From positions 44,753,110 to 44,803,815 of the forward strand of contig NC_057719.1 of the NCBI RefSeq assembly GCF_004010195.1: 50,706 bases of DNA, written 5' to 3'. Shown one piece after another: positions 25,371 through 37,701 of the stretch (position 1 is its first letter; each line of letters begins with the position of its first letter). This stretch comes from Chiloscyllium plagiosum. Lineage: Eukaryota. The translations under genes were made by a program, and so were the position numbers. The notes under the pieces are model-generated. The model was given only the letters and a program-made list of their open reading frames with translations. It was not told where the DNA came from and did no database searches.

Positions 25371-25739
25371 TATGGACAAACTCATATACACAATTGGGAG
25401 AACAAAAATAAGAATTAAATGAAACATTATATGCGTGAGAAGAATAGTTGTCATTTTTCAAAAGTGTAATTTACCTATTTACAAAGAGATATTTTAACCT
25501 CTCTTCATGAGACAGCAGCCAACTATAAGCTTGTGAAACTGAATTTTTCTATTCAAATGAAACTTTGATTTCTTGGCAAATATAGATTTTCCTAAGTGGC
25601 TTTTTCACCAGTGTTGGCTTCTGAGACTGAGAGGTAGAGAAAAGAGCTTTCAGTCTCCTCAATATTTTCAATCCAAATTGTGTCTCTCTTCTGTTGCTCA
25701 AAGCAAGCAATTGAGTGCAGAGTGTCTTAAGTCTGTGAG

Positions 25740-25947
25740 GGGGTGCATGTGTGGGAGTCTGTGTGTCTATAAGGGTGTGTGTGGGTGTCTGTGTGCGCGT
25801 CTGTGTGTATCTGTGTCCGTGTGCATGTGAGAGTGTGTGTGTAGGAATATCTGTGTGTGTGTGTGTGTGTAGTGCAATGGTGATCACCTGTAATGTGACA
25901 TGAACCCAAGGTCCCGGTTGAGGCCCTCCCTATGGGTACCGAACTCC
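25740..25947 (-). mobile_element. Penelope ORF C-terminus and (CA)n-rich 3' region fragment
   Basis: Reverse complement of 32000-32150 (GTHREGLNRDL.FMSHYR* followed by a CA-rich tract). Confidence 0.88.
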
Positions 25948-25979
25948 CGGTTGGGGAGTCCAAATCAATTGTAGTATTG

Positions 25980-26585
25980 TTTGTTTTAATATTTTGAATC
26001 TACCTCCATTGTCTTTTACAAACTGAACACTAAGCAGATAACTTGATATATTGGAATTGAAGAGTTATCTTGCAAGTGTGAGTAAAACAAGAAATGGGAG
26101 GTTCTTGATGCCTCAGAGAGTCACAGAGCATCTTGATTAAGCAGAATTCTGATGCAGCCGATTTCACATATTCCTTGTGAGTTGTCAGGTGAACTGATGG
26201 TTAGTGATTAACTATGCAAACATGAATACCTCAGCCCTTAAGTCTGAGTTAGCTATGATTACCTCACCAGAGCTGCTTGTAATCTCCCTTCTCAGCTCAA
26301 GCTGTCTTAGTTGAAATTACTTTTCTCTTTCATTCCTCTTTCTTGGAATTCCCTTTCTTTTCTCCATTCCCGTCTCTTTTTCAGTTTCACTTTCCTGTCA
26401 CTCTTTCTTTTTCCTAGAATTCTCTTTCCACTTTTTATTTTGCTGAAAGTCCAGTTCTAATCTTAGATGTTCCAGTTTTCTAATTTCTGTTTTCCTTGCT
26501 TTTGGGCAGAAGTCAACCTCTGAATGCTTATCTATTCCTGATAATTCCTCAAAGGATAAGACTTTTAGTTTTCTGTGAATCAGTT
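25980..26585 (-). mobile_element. Possible Gypsy gag N-terminal relic
   Basis: LKVLSFEELSGIDKHSEVDFCPKARKTEIRKLEHL followed by a purine-rich E/R/K tract and FQLRQLELRRE. Confidence 0.3.
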
Positions 26586-27774
26586 CATAGCTTTGAATAT
26601 ACAAAATAGAAGAGAGAGGCCAAAGTGAACATAGACCCCTTAGAGAATTATGTGGGGCAAATAATAACGATGAACCAGGAAATGGCAGAGCAGTTGAATA
26701 AATACTTTGCATCCATCTTCATCGCAGATGACACTGAAAACACTCCTGAAATATTAAACAATCAAGGGGATAAAGGTGGGGAGTAAGGGAGGAAATAGCT
26801 ATCACCAGAGAAAAAATACGAGGGCAACTAATGGGATTTGAGAATGATTTCTCCCATGGACCAGATTGTTTGCATTCTAGGATATTAAAGGGAGTAGCTG
26901 CAGAGATAAAGAATACACTGGGAGTAATCTCCTTTGGAGTATTGACTAATGGACTAATGATTCTGGAAAAGACCAAGACGATTGAAAAACTGCCAATTTA
27001 ATACCCTCATGGAAAAATGGGAGGAGCCAAAAAAAACCAGACAACTATAGACTAGCTAGCTTAACACATCCGTCTTTGGGAAAATATTATAGTCTTTTAT
27101 AAAGGATGTAATATTAGAGCATTCAGAAACACTTAATTTGATCAAGCAGAGTCAGCATGACTTCATGAAGAGGAAATTATGCCTGACAAATGTATTAGTT
27201 TTTTGAGGAAGCAACAAACAGGGTAAATAAAGGGGAAACAGTGGATGTAACATATTATATCCAAAAGATGTTTGTAAAAATACCACACTTAGGACTACAT
27301 AATAAGTGCCCATGGTGTTGGAGGTAGTACATTAGCATTTAGAGGATTGGCTAATTAAGAGAAGGTAGAAAGTTGCAATAAAGGGTGCATGCAACAGAGT
27401 ATAGTGCTGGGACTACCGTTGTTTGCAATATACATTAATGATTTGGATGAGGCAAGTTGAATACACTATCACCAGGCTTATGGAAGACACAAAAAAAGTG
27501 GAAGGCAATAAGTATGGATAACACAGAAGGAGTCTACAGAGTGTTATAGACAGGTTTAATGATTGGAGAAACTTATCCCCTAGTATATAATACAGGAAAA
27601 TCTAAGATTATGCACTTTAGCAGGATGATTAGAAGAGTGGACTATTATTAATCAAATGGGGAAAGACTGAAGAAAGCTGCAGCTCAGAGAGATTTTGGGG
27701 GTCCTCATGTATGAATCACAAAAAGCTATCATCTATGTTCAGAGGGTAAAAGGAAAGGCACATGGAATGTTGGC

Positions 27775-28852
27775 TCAAAGGTAGAAGACAGAGGGTGGCG
27801 GTGAAGGGTTGTTTTTCAGACTAGAGGCCTGTGACCAGTGGAGTGCCACAAGGATCGGTGCTGGGCCCTCTACCTTTTGTCATTTACATAAATGATTTGG
27901 ATGCGAGCATAAAAGGTGCAGCTAGTAAGTTTGCAGATGACACCAAAATTGGAGGTGTAGTGGACAGTGAAGAGGGTTACCTCAGATTACAACAGGATCT
28001 GGACCAGATGGGCCAATGGGCTGAGAAGTGGCAGATGGAGCTTAATTCAGATAAATGCGAGGTGCTGCATTTTGGGAAAGCAAATCTTAGCAGGACTTAT
28101 ACACTTAATGGTAAGGTCCTAGGGAGTGTTGCTGAACAAAGAGACCTTGGAGTGCAGGTTCATAGCTCCTTGTAAGTGGAGTCACAGGTAGATAGGATAG
28201 TGAAGAAGGCATTTGGTATGCTTTACTTTATTGGTCAGAGAATTGAGTACAGGAGTTGGGAGGTCATGTTGCGGCTGTACAGGACATTGGTTAGGCCACT
28301 GTTGGAATATTGCGTGCAATTCTGGTCTCCTTCCTATTGGAAAGATGTTGTGAAACTTGAAAGGGTTCAGAAAAGATTTACAAGGATGTAGCCAGGGTTG
28401 GAGGATCTGAGCTGCAGGGTGAGGCTGAACAGGCTGGGGCTGTTTTCCCTGGAGCGTCGGAGACTGAGGGGAGATCTTATAGAGGTTTACAAAATTATGA
28501 GGGGCATGGATAGGATAAAGAGACAAAGTCTTTTCCCTGGGGTTAGGGAGTCCTGAACTAGAGGGTATAGGTTTAGGGTGAGAGGAAAAAGATATAAAAG
28601 AGACCTAAGGGGCAACTTTTTCACGCAGAGGGTGGTACGTGGATGGAATGAACTGCCAGAGGATGTGGTGGAGGCTGGTACAATTGCAACATTTAAGAGG
28701 CATTTGGATGGGTATATGAATAGGAAGGGTTTGGAGGGATATGGGCCGGGTGCTGGCAGGTGGGACTAGATTGGGTTGGGATATCTGGTCGGCATGGACG
28801 GGTTTGACCGAAGGGTCTGTTTCCATGTTGTACATCTCTATGACTCTATGAC
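27775..28852 (+). mobile_element. Young CR1/HER1-like LINE RT 3' part
   Basis: ORFs 27831-28175 (SGVPQGSVLGPL..YINDL..KFADDTK), 28176-28391 and 28578-28769; (CTATGACT)n tail. Confidence 0.95.
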
Positions 28853-28955
28853 TAAATACAGAGAATGCTGGAGAAACTCAACAAGTCAGCAGCATCTATG
28901 AAACTCCAAAGTAACAAAGTCAATGTTTTGAAGCTGGTATGATTCTTCTTCAGAA
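28853..28955 (-). repeat. Penelope terminal-repeat-derived fragment
   Basis: gaatgctggagaaactcaacaagtcagcagcatct..ttcttcttcag; same motif set as 21415 and 45375. Confidence 0.6.
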
Positions 28956-29772
28956 ATGGTATGTTGGCCTTTATTCCAAAGGAAACAGAGTAGAAATATA
29001 GGGAAGTTTTACTAAAACTTGATAAGGCACTACTTAGACCACAGCTACAACACTGTGAACAGGTTTGTCTCTTTATTGAGGTAAATGTGTTCTGGCATTG
29101 AAGGTAGTTCAAAGAAGATGCACTCAGATAATTCCAGAGATAGAGGGATTTTCTTATGAGGAGAGGTAGAGTAGGTTGGAGTTTAGGAAAATGATTAAAA
29201 CGTAAGATTATTAGGGGACTTGACAGGGTAGATATGAATAAGTTGTTTACTTTACTGGTTGAGTCTAAGAGAAAGGGAATCATGTCAGAGTAAGGTGTTG
29301 CCCATTTAAGACTGAGTTGAGAAGGATCCTTTCTCTCATAAGGTAGTGAATCCATGAAATTCTTTACCACAGAGAGCTGTCAAAGTTGGGTTGTTAAGTA
29401 TATTCAAGGCTGAAATAGATTTTTAATCAGTAAGGGGATCAAGGGTTATGTGAATAGGGCATGCAGATTATCAGATTAGATTTATTTAAGATATCTGGTT
29501 GGCCTAGATGAATTGGAGCAAAGGGTCTGTTTCCGTGCTGTCCATCTCTATGACTCCATCTGCCATGATCTCATTGAATGGTAGAGCAGACTCAATAGAC
29601 TTAATGGCCTATTTCTGCTTCTACTTCTGGCTTCGTAGTCCTGATCAATGAAAGCATTAATATTGAATGTGGAGATTTTAGCACTTCTAAACATTGAAGA
29701 CTCAAGAAAAGCTTTTCACAGGATTTTCAACAGAATGCAACCAACTCTCTCTGTGAGAATGTTCCTCAAATT

Positions 29773-30637
29773 TGTTATGACCAGGTGAAGTAGGTTAATC
29801 AACTCTCTTTTTAACTCATCTAAGACGTTTACAACAAATATTTTTATTTATTGGTTTTATCCCATTATCGCACTTTAATCAAACGTAGCTAAGCACATAA
29901 AAAGTGAAGAATTCCAAGGCTTTCCTGAGTGAAAGGAAATGGAATTTCATTAACTATTAAGTCTACAAAAAAGTAAGAAATTTAACATCAAATACAAAGA
30001 CAAACATAACTTCAAAAGGTGGGAGAGGTGTGTTGAGAACAGCCAGGAAGGTAAAGGCAGTTGCAGTTAAAGCTTTTAGGGCCCTTGAATTGCAAGAGTG
30101 AAACCTCAGTGAAGTTCCAGTTATTAGCCTTTTACCTGCTTCCTCAGGAGTGTTCAAACTTGCAGGACATCTGATTTCTCAGTGAATGTGTTTTTTTAAA
30201 AAAATGTTTCACTTTCTGAGTTTGAAAGAGTGAGGGACAGAAGAGCATTTGGTATCCTTGCAGCAATCAGTCCATGATGCTGCCTCCCTCCTATCGCTCA
30301 CGGCAAGCTACTGAACTATGGTTTGTTTGTTTATTCCACGTTTAGCTCAAATGTTCTTTTCAAGCTGAATGCAGCACAGGTAGCCCTTCATTTCTAATAC
30401 GTGAAATTATCATGCAAGTGTCAGTAAAATGAGAGGTACAAACTTCTTGATACCTCACTGAGATCCAGTGCCATTGATTAAAATGGTAATTCTCATGCAG
30501 CTAGTTTTGTATATTCCATATGGGTTGCCTGTCTTATTGTCACTTTAAAACTATTTTTAGTTCATGGAAGTCTGAGATATTAAAGTCAAATGATGAAACT
30601 TGAAAACTGATAATCTATTTTCACAATGATCATAACA
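29773..30637. mobile_element. Solo LTR (865 bp)
   Basis: Perfect 8-bp terminal inverted repeats TGTTATGA..TCATAACA; flanks AATT/AACT (4-bp TSD, one mismatch). Confidence 0.75.
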
Positions 30638-30924
30638 AACTAAAAACTACCTGCTCGTCCATACAATGGCAGAATTAGACACATAAAAGTGTCTATTACT
30701 ATTTTAGTAAAGGAAGGCATCAGACATCCCTGGTGATTACTTGAAATGAATGGTAGCCTCTCCAAAATGAATGTATCTCCTCCTGCATTGGAAGTAAGAC
30801 TTCATTACAAAATTATTGTCTGTGAGTCTTTTATTTGTGCAATCTTGTACCTACCAATAAAAACATGGTCCCAAAATTCATGAAGCTATCTGAAGCAATG
30901 GTATTTATAGGGGGGAAATCCCCA

Positions 30925-31020
30925 AAGAACTGCAGATGTAGGAAATCTAAAACAAAACCAGACATTGTTGGAGAAACTCAGCTAATCTGGCAGCATCTAT
31001 TCTTTGTCTCTAGCAATTTA
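30925..31020. repeat. Short Penelope terminal-repeat-derived fragment
   Basis: aagaactgcagatgtagg..gttggagaaactcagctaatctggcagcatct. Confidence 0.55.
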
Positions 31021-31064
31021 CTTTTATAGGGAACTTTGCTATTATTAAAGTATGTCACAAAATA

Positions 31065-32660
31065 TCATGATTTGGAGATGCTGGACTGGGGTGTATAAAG
31101 TTACTAATCACACAACACCAGGGTAAAGTCCAACAGGTTTGATTGGACGCACTTGCTTTCGGAGCGCTGCTCCATCGTCAGGTGGTTATGGAGGACACAA
31201 TTGTAAGACACAGATTTTATAGCAAAAGTTTACAGTGTTATGTAATTGAAATTATACATTGGAAAATACCTTGATTGTTTGTTAAGACTCTCATCTGTTA
31301 GAATGACCATGATATTTTCATTTCTTTCATATGTAATTCACAAAACTTTTTTTAAAAGTTACATTCTCAGGTTAACTGTAACAGCGCAGATAAGATGTTG
31401 AGATGTTGAAGATGTTAGCCTCCTGCTCAACTCATCGACCGCCAGTTCCGACGTGCCACAGCAAGGAACCGTAACGACCTCCTCAGGAGTCAGACACGTG
31501 CTCCAACCGACAGGGTACCCTTTATTGTCCAGTACTTCCCAGGAACTGAAAAACTACGCCATGTTCTTCGTGACCTGCAACACATTATCAATGAGGATGA
31601 ACACCTCACCAAGATCTTCCCCTCACCTCCACTGCTCACCTTTAAACAACCACCAAACCTCAAACAGATCATTGTTCATACAAACTGCCCGACTTTCAGG
31701 ACAACTCCATACAACCTTGTCATGGTAGGCGCTGCAAGATGTGTCAGAGTGTGGACATAGATACCACCATTGCGCGTGGGGACACCTCCCATCTTGTACA
31801 TGGCAGGTACTCATGCGACTCAGCCAATGTTGTCTATCTTATACGCTGCAGGCAAGGATGCCTGCAGTGTTCCCTCCCAGTTGGGGAACACTTCAGTAGT
31901 CCAGAACATTCGACCTCGGACCTTCGGGTGACCATCCTCCAAGGTGGACTTCAGGACAGGCAGCAGCGAAAAGTGGCCGAGCAGAGGCTGATAGCTAAGT
32001 TGGGTACCCATAGGGAGGGCCTCAACCGGGACCTTGAGTTCATGTCACATTACAGGTGACCACCATTGCACTATACACATACATAGACACTCCTACGCGT
32101 GCGCACACACACACTCCTATACACAGACACTCACACACACTCCTAACTCACAACCCCCCCATCCCAGACAGACAGACACACACACGTTTGTGGGGTGAAT
32201 CTGTACTTGCAGAGTTACATCGTACTTTGCTCAAAAACTGCATGAATTCATGTAAGACTCTGTTAACTCATTTTTTTTAGATTAGAATCAGAATCAGTCT
32301 AAACATTATGGCACAGATAGGGAACACAGGGGCTAACACCTTCAACATCTCAACATCTTATCTGGCTGTCAGCAATTATTGCAGTCAACCTGAGAATGTA
32401 ACTTGTAAAAAAGATTTTGTGAATTACATATGAAAGAAGTTAAACTATCATGGTCATTCTAACAGATGAGAGACTTAACAAACAATCAAGATATTTTTCA
32501 ATGTATAATTTCAGTTACATCACACTGTAAACTTTTGCTATAAATTCTGTGTCTTACAATTGTGTTCTCCACAACCACCTGATGAAGGAGCAGCGCTCCG
32601 AAAGCTAGTGTTTCCAATTAAACCTATTGGACTTTAACCTGGTGCTGTGTGATTTGTAAC
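31065..32660 (+). mobile_element. Penelope-like element 3' part: truncated GIY-YIG region flanked by ~330-bp inverted terminal repeats
   Basis: ORF 31739-32059 YSCDSANVVYLIRCRQGC..VGEHFS..AEQRLIAKLGTHREGLNRD; arms ~31096-31428 and ~32327-32660 are reverse complements. Confidence 0.9.
32576..32610 (+). ncRNA. Minimal type I hammerhead ribozyme motif (Penelope-associated)
   Basis: CAC-CUGAUGA-A-GGAGC(AGC)GCUCC-GAAA-GC-UA-GUG: intact core, 5-bp stem II, CAC/GUG stem I, palindromic AGCU in place of stem III. Confidence 0.75.
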
Positions 32661-32887
32661 AGAGAATAATGTTTGGCTCCTGAAGATGTTTCAAGCTATT
32701 CTGTGTTATTTTATCAATGGTCCACAATATAGAAGTGTTGGATTGCTGGTTTGTAGCTAGACTTCATTAACTTCAAGAATAACAGAAAATATAGTAATAT
32801 CTCATTCCTTGAATCTTCTGCATGTGTGTAACAACAGACACTGAATAGTGCAAATCTATGTCCTTATCTTGGCTGTAGTTAAGACTC

Positions 32888-33081
32888 GAAACTGAAAAAT
32901 GTGTTGCTGGAAAAGCGCAGCAGGAGAAGGAGAATTGACATTTTGGGCATAAGCCCTTCTTCAGGGCTTATGCCCGAAACGTCGATTCTCCTGCTCCTTG
33001 GATGCTGCCTGACCTGCTGCGCTTTTCCAGCAACACATTTTTCAGCTCTGATCTCCAGCATCTGCAGTCCTCACTTTCTCC
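32888..33081. mobile_element. 194-bp palindromic Penelope-derived mini-element with 15-bp TSD
   Basis: CTGTAGTTAAGACTC at 32873-32887 and 33082-33096; perfect 33-bp inverted repeat 32892-32924/33013-33045. Confidence 0.88.
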
Positions 33082-35331
33082 CTGTAGTTAAGACTCCTAC
33101 ATATAGTGCCAGTTCTCAATTTATCCTGTCTCTGACTGACACCAGCAGGTCTTAGGTAGGCCTATGGAGTTGGGGATATTCCCTCTACAACAGGTTCAGG
33201 AATCATGTACAGTTGTGGAGCACTGATATAATAAGAATCACACAAGAAAATGAAGAAAACCATAAAAATCTTCAGGCCAAGGTTCTAGTGCTTGGACTAA
33301 TCTGATGGAATTCTACAGTTTAGCACCAAGTGACTCCTCAGATCTACATGATGATTTGCTATGTGCTGCACAAATATAGCCTTTATATTGGTAAAAGCGG
33401 TTCACAGTCACTACATAAGGAAGAAACAATGATGAAAAAGATGATGGGGAAGGTCTAGGTTGTGCTGTGTGGCCAGCTGCCAAAATTGTAAAGCAAACAA
33501 TAACTGAGAGATTCTTCTTTGGAGAGCCTTCCTCTGCCCATCATTTGACATAATTCTTCACTAAACATCTGTATGTTTTTGACTATTACTTCCTCATTTG
33601 TCTTTGTCCTATATACCTTTGATTATGAAGAGCAACTGCAAAACCAAGCTAAAAAACGTGTTTTATTGTGCACATTGTAAAACTTCTCCATCTTCGTCAT
33701 GGCAAAATGAAAATATTTTACTGCAATTCCCTTGTAGAGGACCACTGCAGTACATTCATGCCTCTGTACTAATGAACACATATAATGCACTGACAGTTGT
33801 AGGAGCCTTAGAGATGGGAAGTTACTGATCATCCACAGAGAGCACTAGAGCTGACGACAGATGACAACAGTGGGTGATTTTGAGCAGTTCTGTGCCTGGA
33901 GAAGCCTTGCTAATTTTAACGTTGGTATTTGGCCTAATTCCATTTCAATTATTTTATCATTGTGTTCTCAGGGCTGTGCAAACTTTACTTGCATCTCCAT
34001 CATTGCTATTTATTATACTTCTCCAGAGTCTTCCCGGTTTCTAACTCTCCAAATTTATTTTGAATGCTTATGTACTCGCATGCTTGCCACCCAAATCTGT
34101 CTCCAATTGTTTGGAATGGTGAGCTTTATTTCCATAGTTTACTCAATAATTTTTCAGAAATTTATGGTTGTTTCTCCAATAGTGCTTTAATTTCAGCCAA
34201 ATTATTTGTTTCCATTCCAACAGTTTCATTAATGTTGTGTTCTCTAGATTCAAACCTGGAATTTCACCACTTGCCAACATGGATGTAATTAAACCCTTCT
34301 CCACTGCTCAATTTAAGCTCTGCATAAGGAAACAGATGCTATTTTGGATTAGATGAGGCCTATTTGCTTGCAATATCATTTCCTTGGTCCAGGAATGACT
34401 TGGGTATTAATAATACAAACCATTTCCTCTGGACTAACTCTGCAACCAATCATCCAGAAAATTGCTGAAGAAGAAGATGCCGATACATTTCCACTCTGGA
34501 GGTCTTCTTTTCAAGTTCTTCTCCTCCTCTATGTTCCCAGCACTACAGCTCATTCTCTCGTCTGGAAAAAACCCTGCTTCTAGCCCGAGCCGTGGTTGAA
34601 CCACTTCTATTTACTCATTGTATTGTAAGAAAACAATTATAATCCACTTAGAGCTTCCCACAAACTATAATGAGCAAAAATGGACCCTCACTGAGAGGGG
34701 AAATACATTCAACTGTTCATAATTTACCAGTTCATTGTGTACTACTTTGATACAAATATGCACCATATCATTGTTGGAGTCAAATTATCGATTCTTGGGG
34801 CTGTGGGCATCAAGATGATTCAGATTCCCTTGGCACACCCTTTTGAGATATATTTAAGTTTACCACAATAGTGAAAGCTGAGGTAATGCTCTCTGAAGTC
34901 AGGATTAATTAGGTTCGATTGCTCCAATTGGATCAGTGCAGCATACTCTGACGTTCTTGGGATGTAACAGATAAACATCATGTTGTAGAGGCATCAGTTC
35001 CCTAATTGGGGATATTTCACAGGGGCCCCTGGGTATAGATCCCCTGACTATTATTATCATGGTTGACTTAACGCAGTTGACATTATGACTGAAGAGAACA
35101 TCTGTCTTCAATTATAATTGGTTTTAAATTGCAAAGACAAAGAATACCTATCAAACATCTGCCCTCTCCAACTACATTACATTTAGCTGAAAGTCTACCT
35201 GGAACCAGGTGTACCCAACTCTGTAAATAAAATCTATTGATATTCTAGTTCATCCTTCTTTCAGATTTCCTGGCTTCAGAATGTTGTTGAATCTGAACAA
35301 AACATCAGTAAAATTATCTGACAATCATAAT

Positions 35332-35633
35332 GGGTGGCACAGTGGTTAGCACTACTGCCTCACAGCGCCAGAGACCCGGGTTCAATTCCCGCCTCAGGCA
35401 ACTGTCTGTGTGGAGTTTGCACATTCTCCCCGTGTCTGCGTGGGTTTCCTCCGGTTGCTCTGGTTTCCTCCCACAGTCCAAAAATGTGCAGGTCAGGCGA
35501 ATTGGCCATGCTAAATTGCCTGTAGTGTTAGGTAAATGTAGAGAAATGGGACTGGGTGGGTTGCTCTTCGGAGGGTCAGTGTGGACTTTTTGGGCTGAAG
35601 GGCTTGTTTCCACACTGTAAGTAATCTAATCTG
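35332..35633 (+). mobile_element. HE1 V-SINE with 8-bp TSD
   Basis: Full head, V-domain and tail; ATCATAAT at 35324-35331 and 35634-35641. Confidence 0.93.
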
Positions 35634-36889
35634 ATCATAATCTGGTCTGAGGTTGAGTTTGACGATGTCATGAGGACCAGCGCTCTGAATATTTCAAAAA
35701 ACAGATGTTCTGTGGAAAAATGAAAGATGTAAATCTGTTTCTCAACAGGAAACCTCTGTGTGATACACGTTTTCTGTAAAGCATATGAACAGGACTAGAC
35801 TTATAGAAAATGTTTCCTGTGCTCAGAATGCAGCATCATGTTATGTGGTGTTTGAACAGATTGATAAGAATTTATCTACATTGCGAAAGCTTTAATTCGT
35901 CAGTGTGTAGACTGATTTATGTTATTAGCCTGAAGTGTTCATATGTTCTTCAATATTCTGATGCTCCTCTTCCCTGACTGTCAAATCTTTTTACTTTCAT
36001 TGAGATGGTATGGGATGAAATATTTAGGTTGTGCACTTTCTGTTGCCTTGCAGGTATGAAGCAAAATGCACTTAAGGCAAGTTAGTTTTAAATTCACCAA
36101 CAGGCTGTATTTCAGACTTGAGAAAATATGATTTTAGACATATTACTGATAAAAACAACATTTCATTTCAGATCTGTGTGAGTCTGGTGAGTCATCTAAC
36201 TCAACTTAAGTGATCTTGAAGGGGAAAACAGGCAAACAGTGTGAAATAGTGCTACAATGCTGACAGGCAGTCACGTGAAATGATGCCTATTTCCTTTTCC
36301 CTAGTGAGATTTCAATTTAATGTAAGCGGATGGTTCAGCATATCTTAAATTCCTGTTGGAGCCTAATGGCTGACTGCCATCCTTCCAGCAGCCATAGTTG
36401 CCGCAGAGAACTATCATCACCAGCTAAGGCTTTGAATGTGTCCAAGCAAATAATTTCTGTCAGCAAACTTTCAAGTCAACAAAGGCTTTTTGCCCAACAC
36501 AAACTAAATTGCCTTTCAGTGGCTTAAAACTTGTAAGCTTTAACCTTAGAAAAAAAACTTTTAAAATAATACATTTGGATTAACTTAATCTTTAACTTTA
36601 AAATTTTGAAATCGAATTTTCAAATCCAAAATCCACTGGATTACTATCTGACATTAGTGAAGTCCAGCAGAATCCTCTGAATTTGAAGACATACATGAGC
36701 GAAAGATCACTTGGAAACTTCAAGTTAACTTCTTAGTTAACCAACAGGAAACAACCAGGAATTTTAAAACGGACTCTTCGGTAGACAAAAAAACTCACGT
36801 TGCCATGGCAAACGTGGAAAAGACTCTTGGCCAAATTAAAAGCCAAGTGCTTTACTTTTTTTAATTGGATGGACCTCTGTTTAACATTG

Positions 36890-37701
36890 GCAGAGCTGGG
36901 CTGAGAGGTGGCAAATGGAGTTTAATGCGGACAAGTGTGAGGTGATTCACTTTGGTCAGAGTAACTGGAATGCAAAGTACTGGGCTAATGGTAAGATTCT
37001 TGGTAGTGTAGATGAGCAGAGAGATCTTGGTGTCCATGTACACAGATCCTTGAAAGTTGCCACCCAGGTTGACAGGGTTGTTAAGAAGGCATACAAGTTT
37101 TAGCTTTTATTAATAGAGGGATCGAGTTCCGGAACCAGGAGGTTATGCTACAGCTGTACAAAACTCTGGTGCGGCCGCACTTGGAGAATTGTGTACGGTT
37201 CTGGTCACCGTATTATAAGAAGGATGTGGAAGCTTTGGAAAGGGTGCAGAGGAGATTTACTAGGATGTCGCCTGATATGGAGGGAAGATCTTACGAGGAA
37301 AGGCTGAGGGACTTGAGGCTGTTTTCGTTACAAAGAAGAAGGTTGAGAGGTGACTTAATAGAAACATATAAGGTAATCAGAGGGTTAGATAGGGTGGACA
37401 GGGAGAGCCTTTTTCCAAGTATGGTGACGGTGAGCATAGCTTTAAATTGAGAGGTGATAGATATAGGACAGATGTCAGAGGTAGTTTCTTTACTCAGAGA
37501 GTAGTAAGGGTATGGAATGCTTTGCCTGCAATGGTAGTAGATTCACCAACTTTAAGTACATTTAAGTCGTCATTGGACAAGCATATTGACGTACATGGAA
37601 TAGTGTAGGTTAGATGGGCTTCAGATTGGTATGACAGGTCGGCCCAACATCGAGGGCCGAAGGGCCTGTACTGCGCTGTAATGTTCTATGTTCTATGTTC
37701 T
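36890..37701 (+). mobile_element. CR1 LINE 3' part, (GTTCTAT)n-tail family
   Basis: ORFs 36915-37103 (MEFNADKCEVIHFG) and 37145-37450 (LYKTLVRPHLENCVRFWSP). Confidence 0.95.

Larger units (their letters stand above)
26590..29640 (+). mobile_element. Old, long CR1 ORF2 relic, host to nested insertions
   Basis: EMAEQLNKYFASIF-like (26680), SQH.FMKRKLCLTN-like (27150), RPQLQHCEQ (29040), tail gccatgatctcattgaatgg. Confidence 0.85.

Noticed and set aside
28852..29370. Longest ORF in the track (172 aa, minus)
   Set aside because: Antisense to an old CR1 and running into a Penelope-end fragment
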